The notes: generated by a model from the letters alone, not told the origin. Counted from the stretch's first letter, positions 13,281 through 26,744 are shown. The stretch is DNA of 64,000 nucleotides from the human T2T-CHM13v2.0 reference genome, Homo sapiens (GCF_009914755.1 NC_060943.1), one strand, 5' to 3'. A program made the numbers and translations.

Positions 13281-14521
13281 CTTTGGGAGAATTCCACGTT
13301 GAAGTTGGAGCTGCTTTCCCGCCCCGATGCGTTTGGGAGCCCAGAGAAGCCTGGGTCTTGCTCAAGCGCCTTTTGTCTGCACTCACCCTGCCCACCCGCC
13401 TCTCCCTTCCCTCGAGGGGTCTCTGAGGGAGGACTTTGGCACCACGAAGGCCTGGACCAACCGCAGCTCCACTGCTCGCTGGATGGAAGACCCGTCCAGG
13501 TCACCTGTCTCCCCTGGTCCTCAGCTTCCTCCTCTGTGAATTGGAGGTGAGACCAGCTCCCATCTGGCGGGGCTGTTTTGGTGAGTACTAAGGTAGTGTT
13601 TACTCATCTCACAGACATCTGTCAAGTGCTTACTGTATGCCAGGCCCCAGAGGGGCAACCACCCTCTAAAGAGAGCGGCTCCTGCCTCCCAGAAAGCTCA
13701 CAGACTGTGGGAGGGAAACAGGCAGCAGGTGAAGATGCCAAATGCCAGGATATCTGCCCTGTCCTTGCTTGATGCAGCTGCTGGCTCCCACGTTCTCCCC
13801 AGAATCCCCTCACACTCCTGCTGTTTTCTCTGCAGGTTGGCAGAGCCCCATGAGGGCAGGGCAGCCACTTTGTTCTTGGGCGGCAAACCTCCCTGGGCGG
13901 CACGGAAACCACGGTGAGAAGGGGGCAGGTCGGGCACGTGCAGGGACCACGCTGCAGGGAGGACGGGAGCCGAGTCCCAGAGGTATGTAGAGTGCGCGCC
14001 TTGCTGGGGACACTCCAGCAACTGCCCAAAATCAGCGCCCCCAGTGCTGATTGGCCGAAGCGTCAGTTCACCCAGAACGTGTTCCTCCCGACCATTTAAA
14101 ACCTTTTAGCCACGTGTGGTGCTTAGAATGGTTTCAACTTTTGAGTTGGGAGGCTTTTTTTTTCCCATTTCTTATTCTCTCTGTCTGACTTGAGGCCATC
14201 ACTCGCTAAACTCTGAACTCTGGGCACCTGAACTCAGTCTGCCTGACTCCAAACTCAGCGCTGTTTACTCCTCCTCCTGCCACCAGATAGGGGAGCGTCT
14301 GCTGGTGTCTGCCTCAGGGCCCAGTGAGGGGTGCTGGCCGCCAACCGACCAGGCCCACACCTAGGCTGACTCGGCAGGGCCGGGCCCCTCGGGAGCAGCG
14401 AGCCAGGCCGGTGGCCGGTTACGACCCTTTCGCCCGCCCAGGGGGCTGCTGCCCTCCCCCCACTGCCAGGGGCTGAGCCCTACCCCACCGCACCCAGGCA
14501 GGCCCGTTCCCCGGTGCCCAC

Positions 14522-14829
14522 CTGATTTCAGGAATGTCCTCTTCCAAGTCCTTGTCCAGGACTCTCTCCAACTCAGAAAGTGCCTCTTTGGGATCCAGGG
14601 TCTCCGGGAACTCCTCCCCGGCCACCTCCTCGGGGGGAAGCTCCTCTTCTGGGTCTTCTGGTCCCAGCTCTGCATTGTCCAGGTCCTGGCGTTCGGGGTC
14701 TGTGACCCGCCGGCTCTCGTACACAGAGCTCTGGAGGCCACGGGGGTCGCCGTCCTGCTCCCTTTCCGACCTGCCCGCAGCCTCAGAGCTGGGCTGGTTC
14801 CCGAGTGACCTTCGCCTGCTGTCCCCCAT
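14522..14829 (-). CDS. THEG: THEG (SPMAP2) exon 1, coding part (MGDSRRRSLGNQ...EDIPEI)
   Basis: ATG at 14829-14827, donor AG|GTGGG; the eight exons sum to 1140 nt = 379 aa plus stop. Confidence 0.95.
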
Positions 14830-14884
14830 ACACCGGTCCCTTCCCAGCCCCCGCGGCCTCACTCTCTCGGCACCCAAATGTGTC

Positions 14885-14920
14885 TGTGGTGGCCGCGGCA
14901 ACAGGAGAGCGTCCGTCACA
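14885..14920 (-). promoter_or_regulatory. THEG proximal promoter: RFX X-box (14889-14902) and CRE half-site (14914-14918)
   Basis: GTGGCCGCGGCAAC fits GTNRCC-NN-RGYAAC exactly; CGTCA/TGACG about 12 bp away; 60-90 bp upstream of the ATG. Confidence 0.6.
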
Positions 14921-15533
14921 TTCCCCACGGTCCACATTCTAACCCGTGCGCCGTCTCCAATGCTGGTCACCTGGGCTTGCGCTGGGATCAGGACTCAGTC
15001 CTGGTGGTCACGGCTCACTCAGGACCTCCCAGGATTGGTTTAGGAAGGAGACCTGACGGGAACCTGCAGGGGCATCTAGCTATGGATTCCCTCTCTCAAA
15101 AGGAGACACAAGGAAGAGACCCCGTCTCCTGTTCCTGTCCCTGTGGGGCCCGTCGGTAATGTCCAGAGCCCAGGCAGCCTTCTTGTGACCATGAGGCCTG
15201 CCATCTGAGGGCAGATGAACTGAAAGGTGGGCCTTTGATGTGGCTGTCGAGCCTCTGAACTTAGCAGCCTTGGAATCCACTCTGTGTCCAGGCTTCTTGT
15301 TACTTGAAACAGTAAGTTTCCTTAGTACTAAGTCGTTTTGGCTTGGTTTCCAATTCCTAGCAGCTAAAACTGCACCCTAGGTGATACAGACGCTTCCAGC
15401 CCCAACCTCTCATGAGAAATAACTTCAAAATAGGCTGTTCCAACCCTCACAACAAAATAATGGTTATAACTGGAGTATTCCCCAGGCTGCTGCCTTCAGG
15501 AATTCCTCGTACGTCGCCAAAGGAGCTGAATTT

Positions 15534-16442
15534 CCAGCCTCTCCCCCCCTGTGCCCCACCCAGCCTCTCCCCCTGTGTGCCCCACCCAGCCTCTCCCCCT
15601 CTGTGCCCCACCCAGCCTCTCCCCCTGTGTGCCCCACCCAGCCTCTCCCCCTCTGTGCCCCCACCCAGCCTCTCCCCCTCTGTGCCCCACCCAGCCTCTC
15701 CCCCTCTGTGCCCCCACCCAGCCTCTCCCCCTCCGTGCCCCACCCAGCCTCTCCCCCTCCGTGCCCCACCCAGCCTCTCCCCCCCCGTGCCTCCACCCAG
15801 CCTCTCCCCCTCTGTGCCCCCACCCAGCCTCTCCCCCTCTGTGCCCCACCCAGCCTCTCCCCCTCTGTGCCCCACCCAGCCTCTCCCCCGTGTGCCCCAC
15901 CCAGCCTCTCCCCCCTGTGCCCCACCCAGCCTCTCCCCCTCTGTGCCCCCACCCAGCCTCTCCCCCTCTGTGCCCCACCCAGCCTCTCCCCCTCTGTGCC
16001 CCACCCAGCCTCTCCCCCCTGTGCCCCACCCAGCCTCTCCCCCTCCCCCCTGTGCCCCACCCAGCCTCTCCCCCCTGTGCCCCACCCAGCCTCTCCCCCT
16101 CTGTGCCCCCACCCAGCCTCTCCCCCTCTGTGCCCCACCCAGCCTCTCCCCCTCTGTGCCCCACCCAGCCTCTCCCCCTCTGTGCCCCACCCAGCCTCTC
16201 CCCCTCTGTGCCCCACCCAGCCTCTCCCCCTCTGTGCCCCACCCAGCCTCTCCCCCTCTGTGCCCCCACCCAGCCTCTCCCCCTCTGTGCCCCCACCCAG
16301 CCTCTCCCCCTCTGTGCCCCCACCCAGCCTCTCCCCCTCTGTGCCCCACCCAGCCTCTCCCCCTCTGTGCCCCACCCAGCCTCTCCCCCTCTGTGCCCCA
16401 CCCAGCCTCTCCCCCTCTGTGCTGTGTGCCCCCACCCAGCCT
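15534..16442. repeat. About 26-bp C-rich VNTR upstream of THEG
   Basis: CCAGCCTCTCCCCCTCTGTGCCCCAC repeated about 35 times. Confidence 0.96.
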
Positions 16443-17541
16443 TTCACCCTTCTGTGCTTGGTGGTTTTCTACTCATCATTGAAGACTCAAGCCTGTCGGT
16501 CCCCCACGCAGGGAGAGTCCCTGACCATCCCTCCCCTTTCTGGGCTCCCAGGCCTAGGACCCCCACCCCTACCCCCACCCAGTGCTAGCCCACCCCGAGG
16601 ACTGCTCTGTCCCTCACCCCTGCCACCAGCGTGGGGCCGGCCCTCCGGGCATGGTGACCACTCGGCACGCAAGAGACCCAGTTCATCGACACACACAAAG
16701 CCCTCTCCAGCTCCCATCCCATCTCCCTGATGCTCTGCTCCCAGACGCAGCCTCACCACCACCTCTGTCAGGAAAGGGGTCTCTCGGAGGACTCCAGGCA
16801 GAAGGGCCCCGGGGAGGATCCGGTCCCATCAAGGAGGCCATGGGAAAATCCCCTTTCTTGGCCGGAAGTCTCGTAAACCCTTACCTTGCACTCAATGATT
16901 TACTTTTCTCTCTTAAGTTAAACTGGATCAAGATCTGCGGGTGCCTTTCACAAAGAGATGAGTTAGGCATTGTTGCCGCTGGAGGGCCTGTGGCCACTGC
17001 AGTGTTTCCAGGAGACCTCGTTCAGAGCAGGGCGCCGCACCCCGAGGCTGCTCCCTAACCCTACTCCAGGGAGGCGCGGTTGGGGGTCTGGCAGCCTCCG
17101 GCTCTCAGCACCCAGGCAGCACCCAGGCTGCAGCGCGTTTAGCCCTCATGGCAGCCCGTTGTGGAGAGGAGAGGCAGATGAGCGCTCCAGGGTCATGGGG
17201 AAGCTCCCAGGGCCACGCGGCTGGTGGAGCTGCACCCGGCACCTTCTCGGGGGAGTCAGGGCTGGATGTCTCTACGGCAGGAGCCGGAGGAGCTCAGGAG
17301 CGCGCGGGGACAGCAGAACTCTGCCCGCACTCGGGGGAGAGTTGGAGGGTCCACGTCTGCTCCAACATCCTGTGGAAAAGCAAGACGTTCACAGCCAAGG
17401 AAGTGCATGATTTCTGAATGTTGTGTGATGTTGCTTTGAGCAGAAAATAGAGGGGGACGGGGACCGGGCTGTGGGATGTGTGGGGTTCTGACTGCCCGGA
17501 CCTGGGGCGTCCGCCTGGCAGAAAATAAACCAGGTCCCTAC

Positions 17542-18090
17542 TGTGTTCCTCTCTGCTGTGGCCGCCTTAACACATATCACAAGCAGAGGCTCCAGCAACA
17601 CTGAGCGATTACCTGGCCGCCCTGGGCTCAGAAGCCCAACATGGATCTCACTGGACTCAAGCCACGGTGTGGGCAGGGCTGGTTCCTGCAGCCTTCAGAG
17701 GAAGGCCCGTCTCCTGCTCATTTGGTGGCCACAGAATTCAGTGCCTTGTGGTCGTAGGACTGAGATCTGCGTTCTTGCTGTGTGTGTCAGCCGGGGGCCC
17801 TTCCCAGCGTTGCTGTGTGTGTCAGCTGGGGGCCCCCCAGCACCCAGAGGCCACCGCTCTTCTCAGTCCTGGCCCCTCGCTCCATTTTCAAAGCCAGCAA
17901 CGGCCAGTCAAGCCCCCTCACATGGATGCTCCACTGGCACTCATCTCTGAGCAGGGCTGGGAAACCCGTTTGGTTATTACGGAAACAGGTGATTGAAGGT
18001 CAGCCTGGATAAGCCAGGTGCTCTGACCCTCCACGTCTGCAACCCCAGTCCCACCTGCGAAGTCCATTTTGCCACATAAAATAACATGCT
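17542..18090 (-). mobile_element. MaLR MLT1-like LTR, diverged
   Basis: Resemblance (GGCAGGGCTGGTTCCT...CAGAATTCAGT...GTAGGACTGAG); boundaries approximate. Confidence 0.5.
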
Positions 18091-18095
18091 CCCAG

Positions 18096-18892
<797 letters not shown>

Positions 18893-19271
18893 CCAGGTTC
18901 CAGGGACGAGGATGTGGACACCGTTGGGGATCACTATTCCTTCTGTGACACCTACCTCATACCACACACAACAGCCCTCAGTGGATACGTGAAAGCTGAA
19001 ACACAACTTCAAAACTTACAGAAAAAAATGAATGTGACCATGCTTTTGCGCTCCATGTAGGGAGTAATTTTTTTAACAAGACATGTAGAGTGCTAATCAT
19101 ACACGACCAATAAGTCGGCCATATTAAACTGAAGCCTCATGTTCAGGACTCCTCAAAAAAGTGGAAACAGAAGCCACGAATGGGAATGCAGCATCTGTCA
19201 CATCTATAATTGATTAGTACCCACCATGAATAAATAGCTCCTATAAATGAATAAGAAAATAGATGAGTGCT

Positions 19272-19565
19272 GGCTGGGTGCGGTGACTCACGCCTGTAAT
19301 CCCAGCACTTTGGGAGGCCAAGGCAGGCGGATCACAACGCCAAGAGATAGAGACCATCCTGGCCAGCATGGTGAACCCCGTCTCTACTAAAAATACAAAA
19401 ACTTAGCTGGGCGTGGTGGCGGGCGTCTGTAATCTCAGCTACTTAGGAGGCTGAGGCAGGAGAATGACTTGAACCCAGGAGGCGGAGTTTGCAGTGAGCC
19501 AAGATCCTGCCACTGCACTGCGGCCTGGGTTACAGAGTGAGACTCCTCTCAAAAAAAAAAAAAAA
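19272..19565 (+). mobile_element. Alu
   Basis: Alu dimer with poly(A). Confidence 0.92.
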
Positions 19566-21512
19566 GAGCAGAACCCTGGTGATGAGCAGATGTAGGACGT
19601 GGGGCAGAACCGTGGTGATTGATGAGCAGATGTAGGAGGTGGAGCAGAACCGTGGTGATTGATAAGCAGATGTAGGAGGTGGAGCAGAACCGTGGTGATG
19701 AGCAGATGTAGGGGGTGGGGCAGAACCGTGGTGATGAGCAGATGTAGGAGGTGGAGCAGAATCGTGGTGATTGATAAGCAGATGTAGGAGGTGGAGCAGA
19801 ACCGTGGTGATGAGCAGATGTAGGAGGTGGAGCAGAATCGTGGTGATTGATAAGCAGATGTAGGAGGTGGAGCAGAACCGTGGTGATGAGCAGATGTAGG
19901 AGGTGGAGCAGAACCGTGGTGATTGATAAGCAGATGTAGGAGGTGGAGCAGAACCGTGGTGATGAGCAGATGTAGGAGGTGGAGCAGAACCGTGGTGATT
20001 GATGAGCAGATGTAGGAGGTGGAGCAGAACCGTGGTGATTGATGAGCAGATGTAGGAGGTGGAGCAGAACCGTGGTGATTGATGAGCAGATGTAGGAGGT
20101 GGGGCAGAACCGTGGTGATGAGCAGATGTAGGAGGTGGAGCAGAACCGTGGTGATTGATGAGCAGATGTAGGAGGTGGAGCAGAACCGTGGTGATTGATG
20201 AGCAGATGTAGGAGGTGGAGCAGAACCATGGTGATTGATGAGCAGATGTAGGAGGTGGAGCAGAACCGTGGTGATGAGCAGATGTAGGAGGTGGAGCAGA
20301 ACCGTGGTGATGAGCAGATGTAGGAGGTGGGGCAGAACCGTGGTGATGAGCTGATGTAGGATGTGGAGCAGAACCGTGGTGATGAGCAGATGTAGGAGGT
20401 GGAGCAGAACCGTGGTGATTGATGAGCAGATGTAGGAGGTGGAGCAGAACCGTGGTGATTGATGAGCAGATGTAGGAGGTGGAGCAGAACCGTGGTGATT
20501 GATAAGCAGATGTAGGAGGTGGAGCAGAACCGTGGTGATGAGCAGATGTAGGGGGTGGGGCAGAACCGTGGTGATGAGCAGATGTAGGAGGTGGAGCAGA
20601 ATCGTGGTGATTGATAAGCAGATGTAAGAGGTGGAGCAGAACCGTGGTGATGAGCAGATGTAGGAGGTGGAGCAGAATCGTGGTGATTGATAAGCAGATG
20701 TAGGAGGTGGAGCAGAACCGTGGTGATGAGCAGATGTAGGAGGTGGGGCAGAACCGTGGTGATGAGCAGATGTAGGAGGTGGAGCAGAACCGTGGTGATG
20801 AGCAGATGTAGGAGGTGGGGCAGAACCGTGGTGATGAGCTGATGTAGGAGGTGGAGCAGAACCGTGGTGATTGATGAGCAGATGTAGGTGGTGGGGCAGA
20901 ACCGTGGTGATGAGCAGATGTAGGACGTGGGGCAGAACTGTGGTGATTGATGAGCAGATGTAGGAGGTGGAGCAGAACCGTGGTGATGAGCAGATGTAGG
21001 GGGTGGGGCAGAACCGTGGTGATGAGCAGATGTAGGGGGTGGAGCAGAACCGTGGTGATGAGCAGATGTAGGAGGTGGAGCAGAACCGTGGTGATGAGCA
21101 GATGTAGGAGGTGGAGCAGAATCGTGGTGATGAGCAGATGTAGGAGGTGGAGCAGAACCGTGGTGATTGATGAGCAGATGTAGGAGGTGGAGCAGAACCG
21201 TGGTGATGAGCAGATGTAGGAGGTGGAGCAGAACCGTGGTGATGAGCAGATGTAGGAGGTGGAGCAGAACCGTGGTGATGAGCAGATGTAGGAGGTGGAG
21301 CAGAATCGTGGTGATGAGCAGATGTAGGAGGTGGAGCAGAACCGTGGTGATTGATGAGCAGATGTAGGAGGTGGAGCAGAACCGTGGTGATGAGCAGATG
21401 TAGGAGGTGGAGCAGAACCGTGGTGATGAGCAGATGTAGGAGGTGGGGCAGAACCGTGGTGATGAGCTGATGTAGGAGGTGGAGCAGAACCGTGGTGATT
21501 CATAAGCAGATG
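19566..21512. repeat. 36/40-bp VNTR, about 1.95 kb, about 50 copies
   Basis: GAGCAGATGTAGGAGGTGGAGCAGAACCGTGGTGAT(+TGAT). Confidence 0.97.
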
Positions 21513-22445
21513 TATTAGGTGTTGCTGTTGCTGGGGCTGTGGCAGGAAGTGGTTGATCACATTCCTATTCTCCAGTTGGGTAATGAGCTCATGGTTGAAT
21601 CGTGAATGGGTAAATGAATGGGTGGATGGAAATAATTATGGTTCACCTAATTTTATGCCCCTAAGGTCCTTGCAAAAGAAAACGGAGGGAGGAGAGAGAG
21701 GAGAAAGGGGAAGAAGTCGCATTCAAATTCACTCTCGCCAGTCTCTAAAATGGCAGATTCGTTTTGAAACAACTCCAGATTAAGCCTACAGAGGGAAGGC
21801 ATGGCTGATTCTGCTGAGCACCTATTACAGCTTCAGCAGCATACCTCGTTTCGGTCCACAACAGCTGTGTAAGATTGTGACGGAGCTGGAAAGTTCCTGT
21901 TGCCTAGTGAGGTCATGTCCTAGCGCAGAACGCAGAATCACGAAGAGTGACGAATGCCCGCCGTCAACTGCTGGCCGGGCTGCGTGTCATGCAGCAACGC
22001 ACAACGGAAGCACACCCTTCTCCTGTTCCCAGTGGTCAGAGCCACCCAAGTCGGGGGTGTGGGCCCCCAGCACTTCTACTTCAGGATGGAGACCCCCTGC
22101 TGCCTGGCTCCCTCCCCAGGCCCGCCAGGCTAGTCCCCTCCCCTGTCCCTCTCTCAGGCCTGCTCTCATAGCCACGCGGGCCTTTCTGCTGCACACGCCA
22201 GCTCAGTTCGGGGCTCAGTAACCCCCTCCCAATTCAGGGGCATGACTCCTTCCAGATTCTCCTTAAATATCACCTCCTCCAAAAAGCCTTCCCCAATCAC
22301 CTCGTCTAAAGTAGGGCCCCCTCATTTTTCTACCTAAATCTATGGGGAGTTTGTTTGCTTAGTTGCATGTATCATGATCTTGCTTTGTGTTGACTTTTTA
22401 CATATTTATTGTCTTTTTATCTCATTAGCATATGTGCTCCAATAG

Positions 22446-22803
<358 letters not shown>

Positions 22804-23657
22804 TGAGTGACGGCCCGCGGCCCCCGGCGAGGAGGCAGCAATACCACAGGCGACCACCAGCTGCCGCCGCAGTCAAGGGCAGTTGGTCTCCCCTCGCCAG
22901 GATTAACCCTGGACCGAGGGCTCCCGAACCGAATCGTCCCCACAGCCTGTCCTGCGAGGGCGGCTTTCCCCATTACCACCCTCGTTTCACCAAGGAGAAA
23001 ACGAGCTCAGAGAGGCAGTGCATTGGCCCGGGATTGCACCGGGCGCGAACCCACGTCAGCTCCCGCAGAACCTAGATCATTCGCTGCCACCTCCCTCCGG
23101 GCCTGCTCTCGCAGTGTTGGGTGGGAACAGAACAGCCTTGGTCGTGGCTGAGGAGAAATCCCACAGATGTCACTGGACGAGGGTGACGGGTGGGGCCGGG
23201 CTTTCCCCTGGGTACAGGCACAACCGTGCTCTTCCCTCGCACAGTGACCCGCGGTGTCATCCACAATTCACAGCCTGTTTCCCAGAGGAGGGGCTCGGAG
23301 CGGTGCCCTCCAGGTGCCGCCAGCAACACAAGGCCCAGACTACAGAACACCAAATACTGTGATGAGAAATTACTTCCCTTTTCCTTCAGGGCCAGTCCTG
23401 GCTACCCCAAGGGGAAAGTCGCAGCTTGGTGCAAATGAAAGTTCAACTGTCCCCAGCATTGTCAATGGTTTTTACAGAGAGAGAGCAGGCCCAAGCCTGG
23501 GGCAGAGCATAGGAGCTGGTTAGTAACCTTGTTTTGTTCTCACTGCTGTTTGTTTGCATGCCTTTCTGGCTTTGTTTGTGTTGTTGTTTTGAAATAATTG
23601 CGAACTTTCAAGAAAAGTAGTATCATTTTGAAAGAAAGCTCCCTGGAACTGATGAAG

Positions 23658-23850
23658 TGGGAGGGAGGTGGGGGCAGAAGGCGCCTGGTGAGCTGTGACT
23701 GAGAGGGAGGTGGGGGCAGAAGGCGCCTGGTGAGCTGTGACCGGGAGGGAGGTGGGGGCAGAAGGCGCCTGGTGAGCTGTGACTGGGAGGGAGGTGGGGG
23801 CAGAAGGCGCCTGGTGAGCTGTGACTGGGAGGGAGGTGGGGGCAGAAGGT
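23658..23850. repeat. 39-bp tandem repeat, about 5 copies
   Basis: CTGGTGAGCTGTGACTGGGAGGGAGGTGGGGGCAGAAGG; same unit occurs twice at 18629-18710. Confidence 0.9.
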
Positions 23851-23887
23851 TTCTTTGTGTCACTGAGGTCACGTCGGCAAACATAGT

Positions 23888-25514
23888 TATCGTTATCCTC
23901 CTATTTGCCTAGGGAAAGCACCAGGATGTTTAATGCCTACAGTCCAAAATTGGTTGGTGGAAGTACCTACTGTCAGTCCCATCAGTAGATTCACTTATCA
24001 CATGGTAAGCGGGATGTCACTCAGGCCACGGGTAAATTATTTACAAGACTTTTCTTATCAAAGATCATTAAAATTTAGACCTATAGGGAAACCTTGCCCC
24101 AAGGAAATTCCCAAAGGATCAAAAAATACAGAAGTTTTAGTTTGGAAAGAATGTGTGGCCAATAGTGCGGTGATATTACAAAACAATGAATTCGGAACTA
24201 TTATAGATTGGGCACCTCGAGTCAATTCTACCACAGTTGCTCAGGACAAACTCGGTCGTGTCCAAGTGCACAAGTGAGTCCAGCTGTTGATAGCGACTTA
24301 ACAGAAACTCTAGACAAACATAAGCATAAAAAATTACAGTCTTTCTACCCTTGGGTATGGGGAGAAAAAGGAATCTCTACCCCAAGACCAAAAATAATAA
24401 GTCCTGTTTCTGGTCCTGAACATCCAGAATTATGGAGGCTTACTGTGGCCTCACACCACATTAGAATTTGGTCTGGAAATCAAACTTTAGAAACAAGAGA
24501 TTGTAAGCCATTTTATACTATCCACCTAAATTCCAGTCCAACGGTTCCTTTACAAAGTTGCGTAAAGCCCCCCCTTATATGCTAGTTGTAGGAAATATAG
24601 TTATTAAACCAGACTCTCAAACTATAACCTGTGAAAACTGCAGATTGTTTACTTGCATTGATTTGACTTTTAATTGGCAACACCGTATTCTGCTGGGGAG
24701 GGCAAGAGAGGGCGTGTGGGTCCCCGTGTCCACGGACTGACCGCAGGAGGCCTTGCCATCCGTCCGTATTTTGACTGAAGTATTAAAAGGCGTTTTAAAT
24801 AGATCCAAAAGATTCATTTTTACTTTAATTGCAGTGATTATGGGATTAATTGCAGTCACAGCTACGGCTGCTGTAGCAGGAGTTGCATTGCACTCTTCTG
24901 TTCAGTCGGTAAACTTTTAATGATTGGCAAAAAAATTCTACAAGATTATGGAATTCACAATCTAGTATTGATCAAAAATTGGCAAATCAAATAATGATCT
25001 TAGACAACCTGTCATTTGGATGGGAGACAGGCTCATGAGCTTAGAACATTATTTCCAGTTACAGTGTGACTGGAATACGTCAGACTTTTGTATTACACCC
25101 CAAATTTATAATGAGTCTGAGCATCACTAGGACATAGTTAGACGCCATCTACAGGGAAGAGAAGATAATCTCACTTTAGACATTTCCAAATTGAAAGAAC
25201 AAATTTTCGAAGCATCAAAAGCCCATTTAAATTTGGTGCCAGGAATGGAGGCAATCGCAGGAGTGGCTGATGGCCTCGCAAATCTTAACCCTGTCGCTTG
25301 GGTTACGACCATCGGAAGTTCTATGATTATAAATCTCATATTAATCCTTGTGTGCCTGTTTTGTCTGTTGTTAGTCTGCAGGTGTACCCAACAGCTCCGA
25401 AGAGACAGCGACCATCGAGAACGGGCCATGATGACGATGGCGGTTTTGTCGAAAAGAAAAGGGGGAAATGTGGGGAAAAGCAAGAGAGATCAGATTGTTA
25501 CTGTGTCTGTGTAG
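23888..25514 (+). pseudogene. HERV-K env, 5'-truncated, with frameshifts and stops
   Basis: [23 protein letters not shown]; furin site RSKR at 24801-24812 followed by fusion peptide [23 protein letters not shown]; TM tail [20 protein letters not shown]; split across several ORFs. Confidence 0.93.
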
Positions 25515-26426
25515 AAAGAAGTAGACATGGGAGACTCCATTTTGTTCTGTACTAAGAAAAATTCTTCTGCCTTGAGATTCGGTGACCCCACCCCCAACCC
25601 CGTGCTCTCTGAAACATGTGCTGTGTCCACTCAGGGTTGAATGGATTAAGGGCGGTGCGAGACGTGCTTTGTTAAACAGATGCTTGAAGGCAGCATGCTC
25701 GTTAAGAGTCATCACCACTCCCTAACCTCAAGTACCCAGGGACACAAACACTGCGGAAGGCCGCAGGGTCCTCTGCCTAGGAAAGCCAGGTATTGTCCAA
25801 GGTTTCTCCCCATGTGACAGTCTGAAATATGGCCTCGTGGGAACGGAAAGACCTGACCGTCCCCCAGCCCGACACCCGTAAAGGGTCTGTGCTGAGGAGG
25901 ATTAGTAAAAGGAAGGAATGCCTCTTGCAGTTGAGACAAGAGGAAGGCATCTGTCTCCTGCCCCTCCCTGGGCAATGGAATGTCTCGGTATAAAACCCGA
26001 TTGTACGTTCCATCTACTGAGATAGGGAAAAACCGCCTTAGGGCTGGAGGTGGGACCTGCGGGCAGCAATACTGCTTTGTAAAGCATTGAGATGTTTATG
26101 TGGATGCATATCTAAAAGCACAGCACTTAATCCTTTACCTTGTCTATGATGCAAAGACCTTTGTTCACGTGTTTGTCTGCTGACCCTCTCCCCACTATTG
26201 TCTTGTGACCCTGACACATCCCCCTCTTCAAGAAACACGCACGAATGATCAATAAATACTAAGGGAACTCAGAGGCTGGCGGGATCCTCCATATGCTGAA
26301 CGCTGGTTCCCCGGGTCCCCTTATTTCTTTCTCTATACTTTGTCTCTGTGTCTTTTTCTTTTCCAAGTCTCTTGTTCCACCTAACGAGAAACACCCACAG
26401 GTATGGAGGGGCAACCCACCCCTTCA
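25469..26426 (+). mobile_element. LTR5 (3' LTR, 958 bp)
   Basis: TGTGGGGAAAAGCAAGAGAG after the polypurine tract; TATAAAA 25989-25995; AATAAA 26251-26256; ends CCCACCCCTTCA. Confidence 0.96.
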
Positions 26427-26744
26427 CAGGTCAAATTGGCTTTAAGGTCCCAGTAAGAACTCTGTGTGTCCTTCACCTGGTCACCCGCTGTGAACGACCT
26501 GCCGCCCTGTGTTATCCTCCTGTCGGTTTTTTCCTGAACATTTGAAGCTAAGTTGTAGATGTCATGCACCTCCACCCCTAAAAATTTCAGTATTTATGTA
26601 TTTCTTTATTTTTGAGGCAGTGCCTTGCTCTGTCATCCAGGCTGGAGTGCAACAGTGAATCTCCACACACTGCTGCCTCAACTTCCTGAGGTCAAGCGAT
26701 CCCCCCAACGCAGACTCCCGAGTAGCTGGGACCACAGGGGCTCT

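Larger units (their letters stand above)
23888..26426 (+). mobile_element. HERV-K (HML-2) provirus remnant: partial env plus complete 3' LTR
   Basis: env peptides, polypurine tract and full LTR5; size and neighbourhood agree with my recollection of the catalogued 19p13.3 HML-2 fragment (ERVK-22), not verified here. Confidence 0.95.

Noticed and set aside
15412-16730. 300-375-aa Pro/Gly-rich ORFs on both strands
   Set aside because: Translations of a stop-free 26-bp VNTR.
19530-21560. 676-aa His-rich ORF
   Set aside because: 36/40-bp VNTR cycling through frames and running into an Alu; no gene structure.
23933-25555. Functional Env, Rec or Np9 genes
   Set aside because: Signal peptide and first coding exons are deleted; env has stops and frameshifts; the Np9-frame ORF begins at a non-ATG codon.
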